DNA from: an uncultured Erysipelotrichaceae bacterium
Lineage (GTDB): Bacteria > Bacillota_I > Bacilli_A > RF39 > UBA660
Direction: 5' to 3'
NCBI GenBank assembly: GCA_902795675.1
Contig: CADBLZ010000113.1
Location: forward strand, 1 to 41,739
DNA length: 41,739 nucleotides
Every line of letters starts with the position of its first letter. Within the stretch, counting starts at the first letter, position 1. The position numbers and the translations under genes are program-made. Below the pieces are notes generated by a model. The model was not told the DNA's origin, did no database searches, and saw only the letters and a program-made list of their open reading frames with translations. Positions 8,824 to 16,144 of the stretch are shown one piece after another.

Positions 8824-8906
8824 TGCTTTCAAATAAATTCCTCCTTTTATTCTTATCCGCAACTTCGTTTCGCGTATTTTAGGATTTCCTACAATCCTCT
8901 ATTATT

Positions 8907-8935
8907 AATATATAACATTTTAGTTAAAATTTCAA
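8907..8935 (-). promoter_or_regulatory. Putative promoter of the FIST-ALDH operon
   Basis: Minus strand: TTGAAA (8935-8930), 17 nt, TATATT (8912-8907). It lies immediately downstream of the 8943-8976 terminator. Confidence 0.5.
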
Positions 8936-8942
8936 TGTTTGG

Positions 8943-8976
8943 AGAAAAATAAAAGAAGCAATATTTCTATTGCTTC
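8943..8976 (-). terminator. Strong intrinsic terminator closing the ORF-free unit
   Basis: Minus strand: GAAGCAATA-GAAA-TATTGCTTC (8976-8955), followed by TTTTATTTTT. Confidence 0.75.
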
Positions 8977-10021
8977 CTTTATTATTAAAAAGAGAATATT
9001 AATCATTCCCTTTTCGGGATTTTCGGTTGTCAATAACAACCGTTTAATCCCATTTTAGTTTTAATGCATTTGTACGTTTTAAATTAACTCCCATATAGTC
9101 TAATGAATTAACATACTATTTTGATAGTTTTCATAAACTAGATGACATTAATTCATCTTGGTTCAAATATCCTATTACATTCACGCTTAACTATACTGTT
9201 GTATAAGAGTTCTCCAATTCATCGCTAATTTTTAATTATACGGATCCACACGATATAACATATTGTGCATTGCCAACCGCCAGCTAAGCAGTCAGATATC
9301 ACTCAGTGTTTGGATTGCTTGATTCCCTTCGAAGACAAGTTTAAGGCTCTCCAATTTTTAAACGCGGCCAAGTTATTTTAAATATTTATACTTTCTTTAA
9401 AATCCCAAGAAATTCTCCCTTATATATTATTCATAAAAGAGCTGTTTCAATTCAAGTAAAGTAGTTATAAATATTTGCCATAAAATGAACAAATAATGCA
9501 TAACATACTTGCGATTTTATTATATTTAATAAAATCTGAACTAGTATGAAAGCCAGCTATCATTTTCGAAAGCAATATTACCACCCATATTGGGACAATA
9601 GAAAATGCTAACTATTAATAATATTACCTCGGTATTTGGTAACCCTTTCAGCAATTGTCTATAGGTGATAGATTTAAACCTATAAACAATTGACAGTTTA
9701 CGACTGGAACTTACAATAACTCATAAATTCCCATCAGTTTGAAGCTTATCACTTCTCGCTGGAAATTCGGATTGGGGGCCTAGTAAACAATTACTAGTAT
9801 ACAAATAGACTGCAAATTCTACATGTAACAATCCATTTTTTCACTATTTGCGGTAGCGAAACATAGTCGACTTTGCGGGTCTTCTATAATTTTAATACTA
9901 ATCAACGTCATGCAATTCTACAAACGGAATCTAAATTTCTTTATACTCTCACTGTATTTCAAGTTTATGTTCTATATACATGGTTACTTAATATTGTGTC
10001 GTATCCTGTATACCTCCTACT
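8943..10021 (-). ncRNA. Candidate large (~1.08 kb) structured non-coding RNA, family unrecognised
   Basis: The track shows no ORF of 60 aa or more on either strand from 8863 to 10064. The unit is bounded by a minus-strand promoter (10056-10028) and terminator (8976-8943). It has GC-rich islands and many hairpins, several with G.U pairs that work only in the minus sense. See the findings. Confidence 0.45.
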
Positions 10022-10027
10022 ATATTT

Positions 10028-10056
10028 AGTATAAACATTTGAGCGGCTTTAGTCAA
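10028..10056 (-). promoter_or_regulatory. Near-consensus sigma-A promoter at the head of the ORF-free unit
   Basis: Minus strand: TTGACT (10056-10051), 17 nt, TATACT (10033-10028). It starts 9 nt after the dusB stop codon. Confidence 0.6.
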
Positions 10057-10064
10057 TAGTTAAA

Positions 10065-11048
10065 TTATTGGTTGTCATTTAAAAATTGCTCATATTCATT
10101 TAGAATACCAAATATTTCTTCACTTGTCTTAGCGTGACATATTTGATCCTTGATTTCTTTGCATTTTGGTAAACCTTTTAAGTACCAAGTTATATGGGAT
10201 CTGATTTCTAAAAGAGCTCTTTTTTCATCTTTATCTTCTACTAGTAAATTATAGTGTCTTTTAATCATAGCTATTTTTTCTTGGAATGGTACTATTTGTG
10301 GTTCTTTGCCTGTTTCTAAGTATTCGATACATTCTCTAATTAACCATGGATTACCAAGCACTCCACGGCCAATCATGACAGCATCACAACCAGTTTCTTC
10401 TATCATTCTTTTAGCATCATAACAGGTAACAACATCGCCATTACCAATTACAGGAATAGATACAGCTTCTTTAACTTGTTTAATGATGTTCCAGTCTGCT
10501 TTTCCGCTATAACCTTGAGCTCTTGTTCTACCATGAATAGCAATGGCTTTAGCGCCTGCTTCTTCACATTTTTTAGCTATCTCAACACAGTTAATGTGAT
10601 TTTCATCCCAACCACTTCTCATTTTAACAGTTACAGGTATATCAACTGCTTCAACAACTGCTTTTACAATCTCATAAACTTTATCTGGATTTTTTAATAA
10701 TGCACTACCAGCTTGAGCTTTAACAGCAACTTTAGGTACGGGGCAGCCCATATTGATATCAATAATATCTGGATGCATTTTTTCATTAACAATTTTAGCT
10801 GCAGTAACAAATGATTCTTTATCACTACCAAAGATTTGTTGAGATATAGGTCTTTCCATATCAGTCATTTTTAATAAATCAAACGTTTTGTTGTTACCAT
10901 ATGTTATGGCTTTATCACTAACCATTTCAGCATAGATTAGCCCTGCTCCCATTTCTTTTATTATCTTACGATAAGAAGTATTAGAGATACCAGCCATTGG
11001 CGCTAAAACGATTTGGTTTTTAATATCTACATTACCTATTTTCCACAT
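10065..11048 (-). CDS. dusB: tRNA-dihydrouridine synthase
   Basis: MWKIGNVDIKNQIVLAPMAGISNTSYRKI...AEMVSDKAI aligns with the DusB N-terminus. Also present are DINMGCP, HGRTR and the TIM-barrel FMN-binding layout. Start at the ATG at 11048, 9 nt after AAAGGGA. Confidence 0.9.
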   Translation of the reverse strand: MWKIGNVDIKNQIVLAPMAGISNTSYRKIIKEMGAGLIYAEMVSDKAITYGNNKTFDLLKMTDMERPISQQIFGSDKESFVTAAKIVNEKMHPDIIDINMGCPVPKVAVKAQAGSALLKNPDKVYEIVKAVVEAVDIPVTVKMRSGWDENHINCVEIAKKCEEAGAKAIAIHGRTRAQGYSGKADWNIIKQVKEAVSIPVIGNGDVVTCYDAKRMIEETGCDAVMIGRGVLGNPWLIRECIEYLETGKEPQIVPFQEKIAMIKRHYNLLVEDKDEKRALLEIRSHITWYLKGLPKCKEIKDQICHAKTSEEIFGILNEYEQFLNDNQ

Positions 11049-11115
11049 AATATTCATCCCTTTAAGTCGTAAGTATTATAACAAATATGTTAATAAATGT
11101 ATATTTTTATAAAAA

Positions 11116-11142
11116 TTAGCACTCTGTGTTGACAAGTGCTAA
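11116..11142 (+). promoter_or_regulatory. CIRCE operator (HrcA binding site)
   Basis: TTAGCACTC-N9-AAGTGCTAA, against the consensus TTAGCACTC-N9-GAGTGCTAA (one mismatch). It overlaps the -35 of the hsp20 promoter. Confidence 0.8.
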
Positions 11143-11157
11143 TAATAGTGCTATAAC
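11129..11157 (+). promoter_or_regulatory. Sigma-A promoter of hsp20
   Basis: TTGACA (11129-11134), 17 nt, TATAAC (11152-11157). Confidence 0.6.
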
Positions 11158-11185
11158 ATAGTTATAGAAAGAAGGAAATGGATTT

Positions 11186-11593
11186 ATGAGTATAATTCCA
11201 AGAGGTTTTTATTTAGACGATATATTTGATGATGATTTTGATAAGATGATTCCATCTAATAGAATTAACAGTATGAAATGTGATGTCTATGAAAAGGACG
11301 GCAATTATAATATCGATATGGACATTCCTGGTTTCAATAAGAATGATATTAAAATCGAATGTGAAGATGGTTTATTAACTATCAGTGCAGAGAAGAAAAT
11401 AGACAATAAAGAAGAAGACAAAGATAAGAGATTTATCAGACGTGAAAGAGTTTATGGTAAAGTTTCTAGATCATTTACTTTCAATGATATAGATGAAAGC
11501 AATATTGATGCTGAATTTAAAGATGGTACTTTAAAAGTCATCATTCCAAAAGTTGAAAAATCTAACTCTAAAAAATATATCGAAATTAAGTAA
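11186..11593 (+). CDS. Hsp20/alpha-crystallin family small heat-shock protein
   Basis: The alpha-crystallin domain pattern is present: DVYEKDGNYNIDMDIPGFNKNDIKIECEDGLLTISAEK...RRERVYGKVSRSFTF...IDAEFKDGTLKVIIPK. Confidence 0.9.
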   Translation: MSIIPRGFYLDDIFDDDFDKMIPSNRINSMKCDVYEKDGNYNIDMDIPGFNKNDIKIECEDGLLTISAEKKIDNKEEDKDKRFIRRERVYGKVSRSFTFNDIDESNIDAEFKDGTLKVIIPKVEKSNSKKYIEIK

Positions 11594-11601
11594 AAATAGT
11601 C

Positions 11602-11637
11602 AAAAAAAAAGTAAGTTAATTACTTACTTTTTTTTGT
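11602..11637. terminator. Bidirectional terminator shared by hsp20 and the MIP channel gene
   Basis: A9-GTAAGT-TAATT-ACTTAC-T8. Confidence 0.65.
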
Positions 11638-12447
11638 GCTTTTTTTAGCAGCAGCTTTTTTAGCAACTACTTTTTTAGCTACTGGTTTTTCTTCAACTTC
11701 TACTTCAGCAACTTCAGCTACAGCTTTAACTGGAGTCTTAGCTTCTTTTTCTTCAAGAACGAATCTATAAAGTAAAGCAGCAAGAATACCACCAACTAAT
11801 GGTCCAACGATGAATACCCATACGTTAGATAGTGCTGTTTCACCAGTAAATAAAGCTGGTCCAATACTTCTAGCAGGGTTTACGCTAGTACCAGTAAATG
11901 GTAAGCCAAAGATATGTACTAATGCTAATGTTAAACCAATAACAATACCATTATTAGAATTCTCTTTCTTTGTAACACTTAGTACTACTAGAACAAATAC
12001 AAATGTTAAGATAGCTTCAATGATTAAAGCAAGTAACCATTTAACTTCAATTGTATTAACTAGTGCACTTCCTGTTGCATCTAAAATTTGAATTGTACCA
12101 AAACCATTAGCCCCAAGTTGTGTTAATTCACCAAGTACACCATATAGTGCAGCAGCACCGGCGATACCTCCGATGATTTGAGCAACAACATAACCAACAA
12201 ATGTAAGAACGTCCATACGTCCATCAATTAACATAGCAATTGATACTGCTGGGTTAACATGAGCTCCAGATACTTTTCCAAACATGTATACGATAGCCAT
12301 TAATACAAGACCAAATGTTAAAGCAACTAGTAAGTAGTCAACTTGAACAACTGATAGTGCAAATTGTGGGAATATAACAGCAGCCCCACAGCCAAAGAAT
12401 ACAAGTAAGAATGTACCTAATAGTTCAGATATTAATTTCTTTACCAT
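11620..12447 (-). CDS. MIP-family channel (aquaporin/glycerol facilitator) with Lys/Ala-rich C-terminal tail
   Basis: Two NPA boxes (HVNPAVS, SVNPARS) and six TM segments. Start at the ATG at 12447, behind AAGGAGGA. The track start at 12456 is a TTG only 2 nt after the RBS. Confidence 0.9.
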   Translation of the reverse strand: MVKKLISELLGTFLLVFFGCGAAVIFPQFALSVVQVDYLLVALTFGLVLMAIVYMFGKVSGAHVNPAVSIAMLIDGRMDVLTFVGYVVAQIIGGIAGAAALYGVLGELTQLGANGFGTIQILDATGSALVNTIEVKWLLALIIEAILTFVFVLVVLSVTKKENSNNGIVIGLTLALVHIFGLPFTGTSVNPARSIGPALFTGETALSNVWVFIVGPLVGGILAALLYRFVLEEKEAKTPVKAVAEVAEVEVEEKPVAKKVVAKKAAAKKSTKKSK

Positions 12448-12534
12448 ATTCCACAAATCCTCCTTAATTAGATTATAACACTTTTTTCAACTTTTTATGC
12501 TATAATTAGCATATAAAAGATAGGAAAATTGATT

Positions 12535-12876
12535 ATGTGGTATTATATTAAACGTTTTGGAAAATTATTATTAATAATTATTGCTGTTGTTGCATTAATA
12601 TTTGTTGGTTATTTTGGCTTCCAAGATATTGTTTGTCAAGAACCTAAAAAGTATGTTATTGAAAAATATAATATTGATTCATTTAAGGTATTTGTTTATA
12701 AGCATACTACTTATGCTTATTCTAAGGAGAAGGATTGTTCTTCTGCTTGGTTTAAGGAATGTACTGATGATGAAGATTTAAAAAGTGAAACATATTTAAT
12801 AAGAATTAATGGCGATAAGATTCATGTTACTGAACATAAAGATGGATCTTTCACAGATGATTATAATGAAGAATAA
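12535..12876 (+). CDS. Small membrane-anchored hypothetical protein
   Basis: One N-terminal TM helix (LLLIIIAVVALIFVGYFGF), then a Cys-containing soluble part. No family recognised. ATG at 12535. Confidence 0.4.
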   Translation: MWYYIKRFGKLLLIIIAVVALIFVGYFGFQDIVCQEPKKYVIEKYNIDSFKVFVYKHTTYAYSKEKDCSSAWFKECTDDEDLKSETYLIRINGDKIHVTEHKDGSFTDDYNEE

Positions 12877-12907
12877 AAAAAGTAGAAAATTAAATTTCTA
12901 CTTTTTT
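12875..12907. terminator. Bidirectional terminator
   Basis: A6-AGTAGAAA (12881-12888) / TTTCTACT (12895-12902)-T5. It overlaps the cca stop. Confidence 0.6.
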
Positions 12908-14230
12908 ATTTAACTCTTTTTGATCATTAGGAACGATTACTTTATTGATTACATAATCAATTAGTTTTTCACGTTTATTTTTAAGTTCGTTTCCTAGTAC
13001 TTTAACATACATGTCTTGTAATGTGTTACCAACGTTTTCTTGTTCAACACCTAAGTCAAGTAAGTCATGACCATCTATTTTTAATTCGTTTTTTGTTATG
13101 AATGATGATTTTCTCATCATTTTTTTAACTCTTTCATATTCTTCATCAATACGATTGCCGATTTCTGAATATTTAGTATTTTGACCAGCGAAGTTAGCTC
13201 TCTTACATTTGAATAAGTCTTCTACATTTTCTGGTCCTACACTATTAATGAATCTCTTTAAGTCTTGTTCTTTTTCAGGAACTTTTTCTTCTAGATATTC
13301 AATTAGTTTAGCAACTTTTTGAACTTGTTTATTTGAGTAATGCATACGGCGCATTATTTCACGTGCTATTTCTGCACCACGAACACCACGATTTTTGAAT
13401 GTACCTATACCATTTTCGTTTTTCTCGAATGTTAATGGTTTAGCAATATCATGTAATAACATTGCAAGTCTTAATTCTAGTGTTGGTTCGATTGATTTAA
13501 CTGTTAACATTGTGTGATTTAAGACATCATATAATTCATGAGGATTTTCTTGTTCAAATCCTTCCATTAAAGATAACTCTGGAATGATGTTAATCATTAT
13601 TTCAAAGTATTTCTTTATATAGTAAGCACTACTATAGTGTCCATTATGAGATACTAGTAGTTTATCAAATTCATCTTTTAAACTTTCAGGTTTAACTTTT
13701 TTAAGTAATTCAGCGCATTCAAACATAGCCATTTTTGTATCTTGATCAATAGCCATATCATATTCACTTGATAATCTTATTGCTCTTAACATGATGATTG
13801 GTTCTTTAGTGAATCTTTCTTCAGCATTACCAATTACTTTTATTACTTTATTATTAATATCTTTGATACCATCAAAATAATCTATTAAGCCATCTTCATC
13901 ACTATATGCTAAAGCATTCATTGTGAAGTCTCTTTCTTGTAAGTCACTTTCAAGAGTATTAGCTTTTGATTTATATTTTGTGATTTCCATTGGGAATTTA
14001 GTGTTAACAATACCTAGAGTAGATTTGTTTTCACCTTTAAGGAATGTGTTATAACCTTTTAAACATTTTTTTACTTCTTCTAATGAGGCATTAGTAGAAA
14101 TATTATAGTTCTTTGGCTTTTCTTCCATAACCATGTTACGGATTGCACCACCGGTAATATAACCGTCATAGTCTTTTTCATATAAAAGATTTAGAACTTC
14201 GTTAACAGGTTTAGGAATAACTATGTTCAT
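12890..14230 (-). CDS. cca: CCA-adding enzyme / tRNA nucleotidyltransferase with HD domain
   Basis: Pol-beta nucleotidyltransferase head (GYITGGAIRNMVM, DFTMNA), RAIRLS, and a C-terminal HD motif (LLHDIAKP). RBS AGGAGG. Confidence 0.85.
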   Translation of the reverse strand: MNIVIPKPVNEVLNLLYEKDYDGYITGGAIRNMVMEEKPKNYNISTNASLEEVKKCLKGYNTFLKGENKSTLGIVNTKFPMEITKYKSKANTLESDLQERDFTMNALAYSDEDGLIDYFDGIKDINNKVIKVIGNAEERFTKEPIIMLRAIRLSSEYDMAIDQDTKMAMFECAELLKKVKPESLKDEFDKLLVSHNGHYSSAYYIKKYFEIMINIIPELSLMEGFEQENPHELYDVLNHTMLTVKSIEPTLELRLAMLLHDIAKPLTFEKNENGIGTFKNRGVRGAEIAREIMRRMHYSNKQVQKVAKLIEYLEEKVPEKEQDLKRFINSVGPENVEDLFKCKRANFAGQNTKYSEIGNRIDEEYERVKKMMRKSSFITKNELKIDGHDLLDLGVEQENVGNTLQDMYVKVLGNELKNKREKLIDYVINKVIVPNDQKELNKKVEI

Positions 14231-14326
14231 TATATTACCTCCTTATCTTCTTACCCTCTATAATATTATAGACTTATTTTGTCAAATTTGTCTAGATTTT
14301 AAATAAAAAAAGAATAATGTTTGACA

Positions 14327-16003
14327 CTATTCTTCTTCAGTTATTTTGACTTCTAATCTTCTTATACTATTCATGAATTTGATAAGAGTAAAATCACCTT
14401 CGATGATATACCATTTAGGTTCTTTAATATTTATTAATTTATATTTATTAAATAAGTTATCTTCAATATTCATTAATAGTAAGTATGGGATTGAATCATA
14501 GTAGTAATTATTATTATTTTGATAAGCTGCTCTTATTTCATCGAAATCAGCATTTCTTACAAACATTTTATATCCTTCTGTTCGACCCATTATCTTAGTA
14601 CCATATGTAGTTCTTTTTGGCATGAATTTATATAGTAATAAGATTAATAAGACAGAGATGCATGAAACGACATAACTAATAATATAAAGTGGTATTAGTA
14701 ATTTGAAGTAGTTTAGGAATAAGATCCAGCAGAAACTAAAGATGATAATTGCTTGAATAACGAATGTTAGATTCATTCCTTTAGTATCTATCTTATCAAC
14801 AAATTTATATAGGAAAGCAAATGTCATAACACTAATTATTACTGGAATTGGGAATAAGTAGAACTTATCTGTTGTTACTATTGGATAAGATGTTAGTAAG
14901 ATTAAGATAATTGATACCATGAAGATAAAGTAGATACGATAACCAAATGAGTATGATTCAAAGTATTTCTTTTTATCTGTTTTTATCATTTCTTCAATCT
15001 TTATTAAATAAGATTTTATTCTTATTTTTAAATCATCTTCATTTATTTTATCGATATATTCATCTTTACCTACTCTTTTGTTAGTAGTTAAAACTTTAAC
15101 ATATTCATCCATTGTTAGAACAATGTTTTTTCTAAATAGATGTTTGATGAATAATGATTCATAGTAGTTTTTACCATCATATTCTTTACCTTTAGTTATC
15201 GTAAATGAACGATTATGTTCTTCTATTTTTAGATAACCTTTATTAGCTAGATAAAGGATTAAGTTATAAACATCTTTTTTAGTTACAGTACCATGATATA
15301 GTAAACCCATATCAATTGGATTTAAGTCAGGTATATCATTATTATATTTTATTTTTATTACTTTATCTTTACCAAAAGCAAACCATAAGATGTAACTTAT
15401 GATTACAAATACTAGTGATAAGATAACTGTTAGTTTTAAGTAATTAGCTCCTACTATTTCATTATTAATTCTTATTTCAAGAATGTCATCAGGAGCTAGT
15501 TCTTCGTTATATGTTATTGTTATTTTATTATCTTCTATTTTGTAATCGAGATCGATTCTTTTATCATTTAGATACATTTCTATTTCTGGTGTTTCTGTAT
15601 CTTTTGGAAGAGTTATAAAATAAGTTGATTTAGTGATTGGTACACTATAGTTATTAGCTAGAGTTATGTTTGTTTTTTTATTAAATTTATGTTTTCTTTC
15701 TAAGAAGTAGTTTAGTGATATTTTATAATTTAAGTTATCTTTGTTATATAAAACTATTTGATTATCTTTTATTTTGTAATCACTACTTATATTTACTTTT
15801 TTGATATCGTACTCTTTGATATCTATTTTTTTATTTAGTTTTGAATTTGGATTATTAAAGCTGACATCTAAATCTTCATTGATGGTGATATTATTATCTT
15901 CATCAATTTCGATATTAGATACCATGTTATTTATACTAGTACCTTTAGCATAAACAGTTATTGGTAATAATAGTAATAAAATAAATAAAATTGTTTTTTT
16001 CAT
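14327..16003 (-). CDS. DUF2207-like membrane protein
   Basis: Signal peptide MKKTILFILLLLLPITVYA, an extracellular N-domain, a TM helix, then the GKD...IPDLNPIDMGLLYHG...LILYLANKGYLKIEE pattern typical of DUF2207, and C-terminal TM helices. Start at the ATG at 16003. Confidence 0.6.
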   Translation of the reverse strand: MKKTILFILLLLLPITVYAKGTSINNMVSNIEIDEDNNITINEDLDVSFNNPNSKLNKKIDIKEYDIKKVNISSDYKIKDNQIVLYNKDNLNYKISLNYFLERKHKFNKKTNITLANNYSVPITKSTYFITLPKDTETPEIEMYLNDKRIDLDYKIEDNKITITYNEELAPDDILEIRINNEIVGANYLKLTVILSLVFVIISYILWFAFGKDKVIKIKYNNDIPDLNPIDMGLLYHGTVTKKDVYNLILYLANKGYLKIEEHNRSFTITKGKEYDGKNYYESLFIKHLFRKNIVLTMDEYVKVLTTNKRVGKDEYIDKINEDDLKIRIKSYLIKIEEMIKTDKKKYFESYSFGYRIYFIFMVSIILILLTSYPIVTTDKFYLFPIPVIISVMTFAFLYKFVDKIDTKGMNLTFVIQAIIIFSFCWILFLNYFKLLIPLYIISYVVSCISVLLILLLYKFMPKRTTYGTKIMGRTEGYKMFVRNADFDEIRAAYQNNNNYYYDSIPYLLLMNIEDNLFNKYKLINIKEPKWYIIEGDFTLIKFMNSIRRLEVKITEEE

Positions 16004-16144
16004 TTTAATCACACTACTCTTTTTATTATATCTATATATTACCATAATTTAATCCCATTATAAATAGAATAAATGTTATAATTAAAAAGGTGGTTGCATG
16101 AAATATTTAGCAGCAAATATATCTATTATGGGGGATTATGAATT

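Noticed and set aside
9780-9970. A possible hidden gene with a recoded TAG. In one minus-strand frame, about 85 codons contain three in-frame TAGs and no TAA or TGA. Two of the TAGs lie inside the repeated TGTAGAATT motif, 99 nt apart.
   Set aside because: The frame is closed by TAA and then TGA shortly afterwards and by TAA/TAG before it. The conceptual peptide has no recognisable features or RBS. No pyrrolysine or suppressor machinery is evident. It is most likely chance.
8863-10064. Whether the ORF-free region is a known housekeeping RNA: RNase P, tmRNA, 6S, SRP, an rRNA fragment, a group II intron, a T-box or a cobalamin riboswitch.
   Set aside because: I could not find the diagnostic strings on either strand. 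These were GAGGAAAGTCC / ACAGAA..GCCAC for RNase P, a tRNA-like 3' end with CCA plus a tag ORF for tmRNA, a domain V-like GAGCCGTAT...ACGGTTC hairpin, the T-box AGGGTGGNACC motif, and the B12 box. This was an eye search only and needs Infernal to confirm.
12488-12515. The palindrome ATGCTA-TAAT-TAGCAT between the divergent MIP channel gene and the small membrane protein gene, as a possible operator.
   Set aside because: The palindrome is largely generated by two back-to-back extended -10 elements (TGcTATAAT on each strand). There is no independent evidence of a regulator site.
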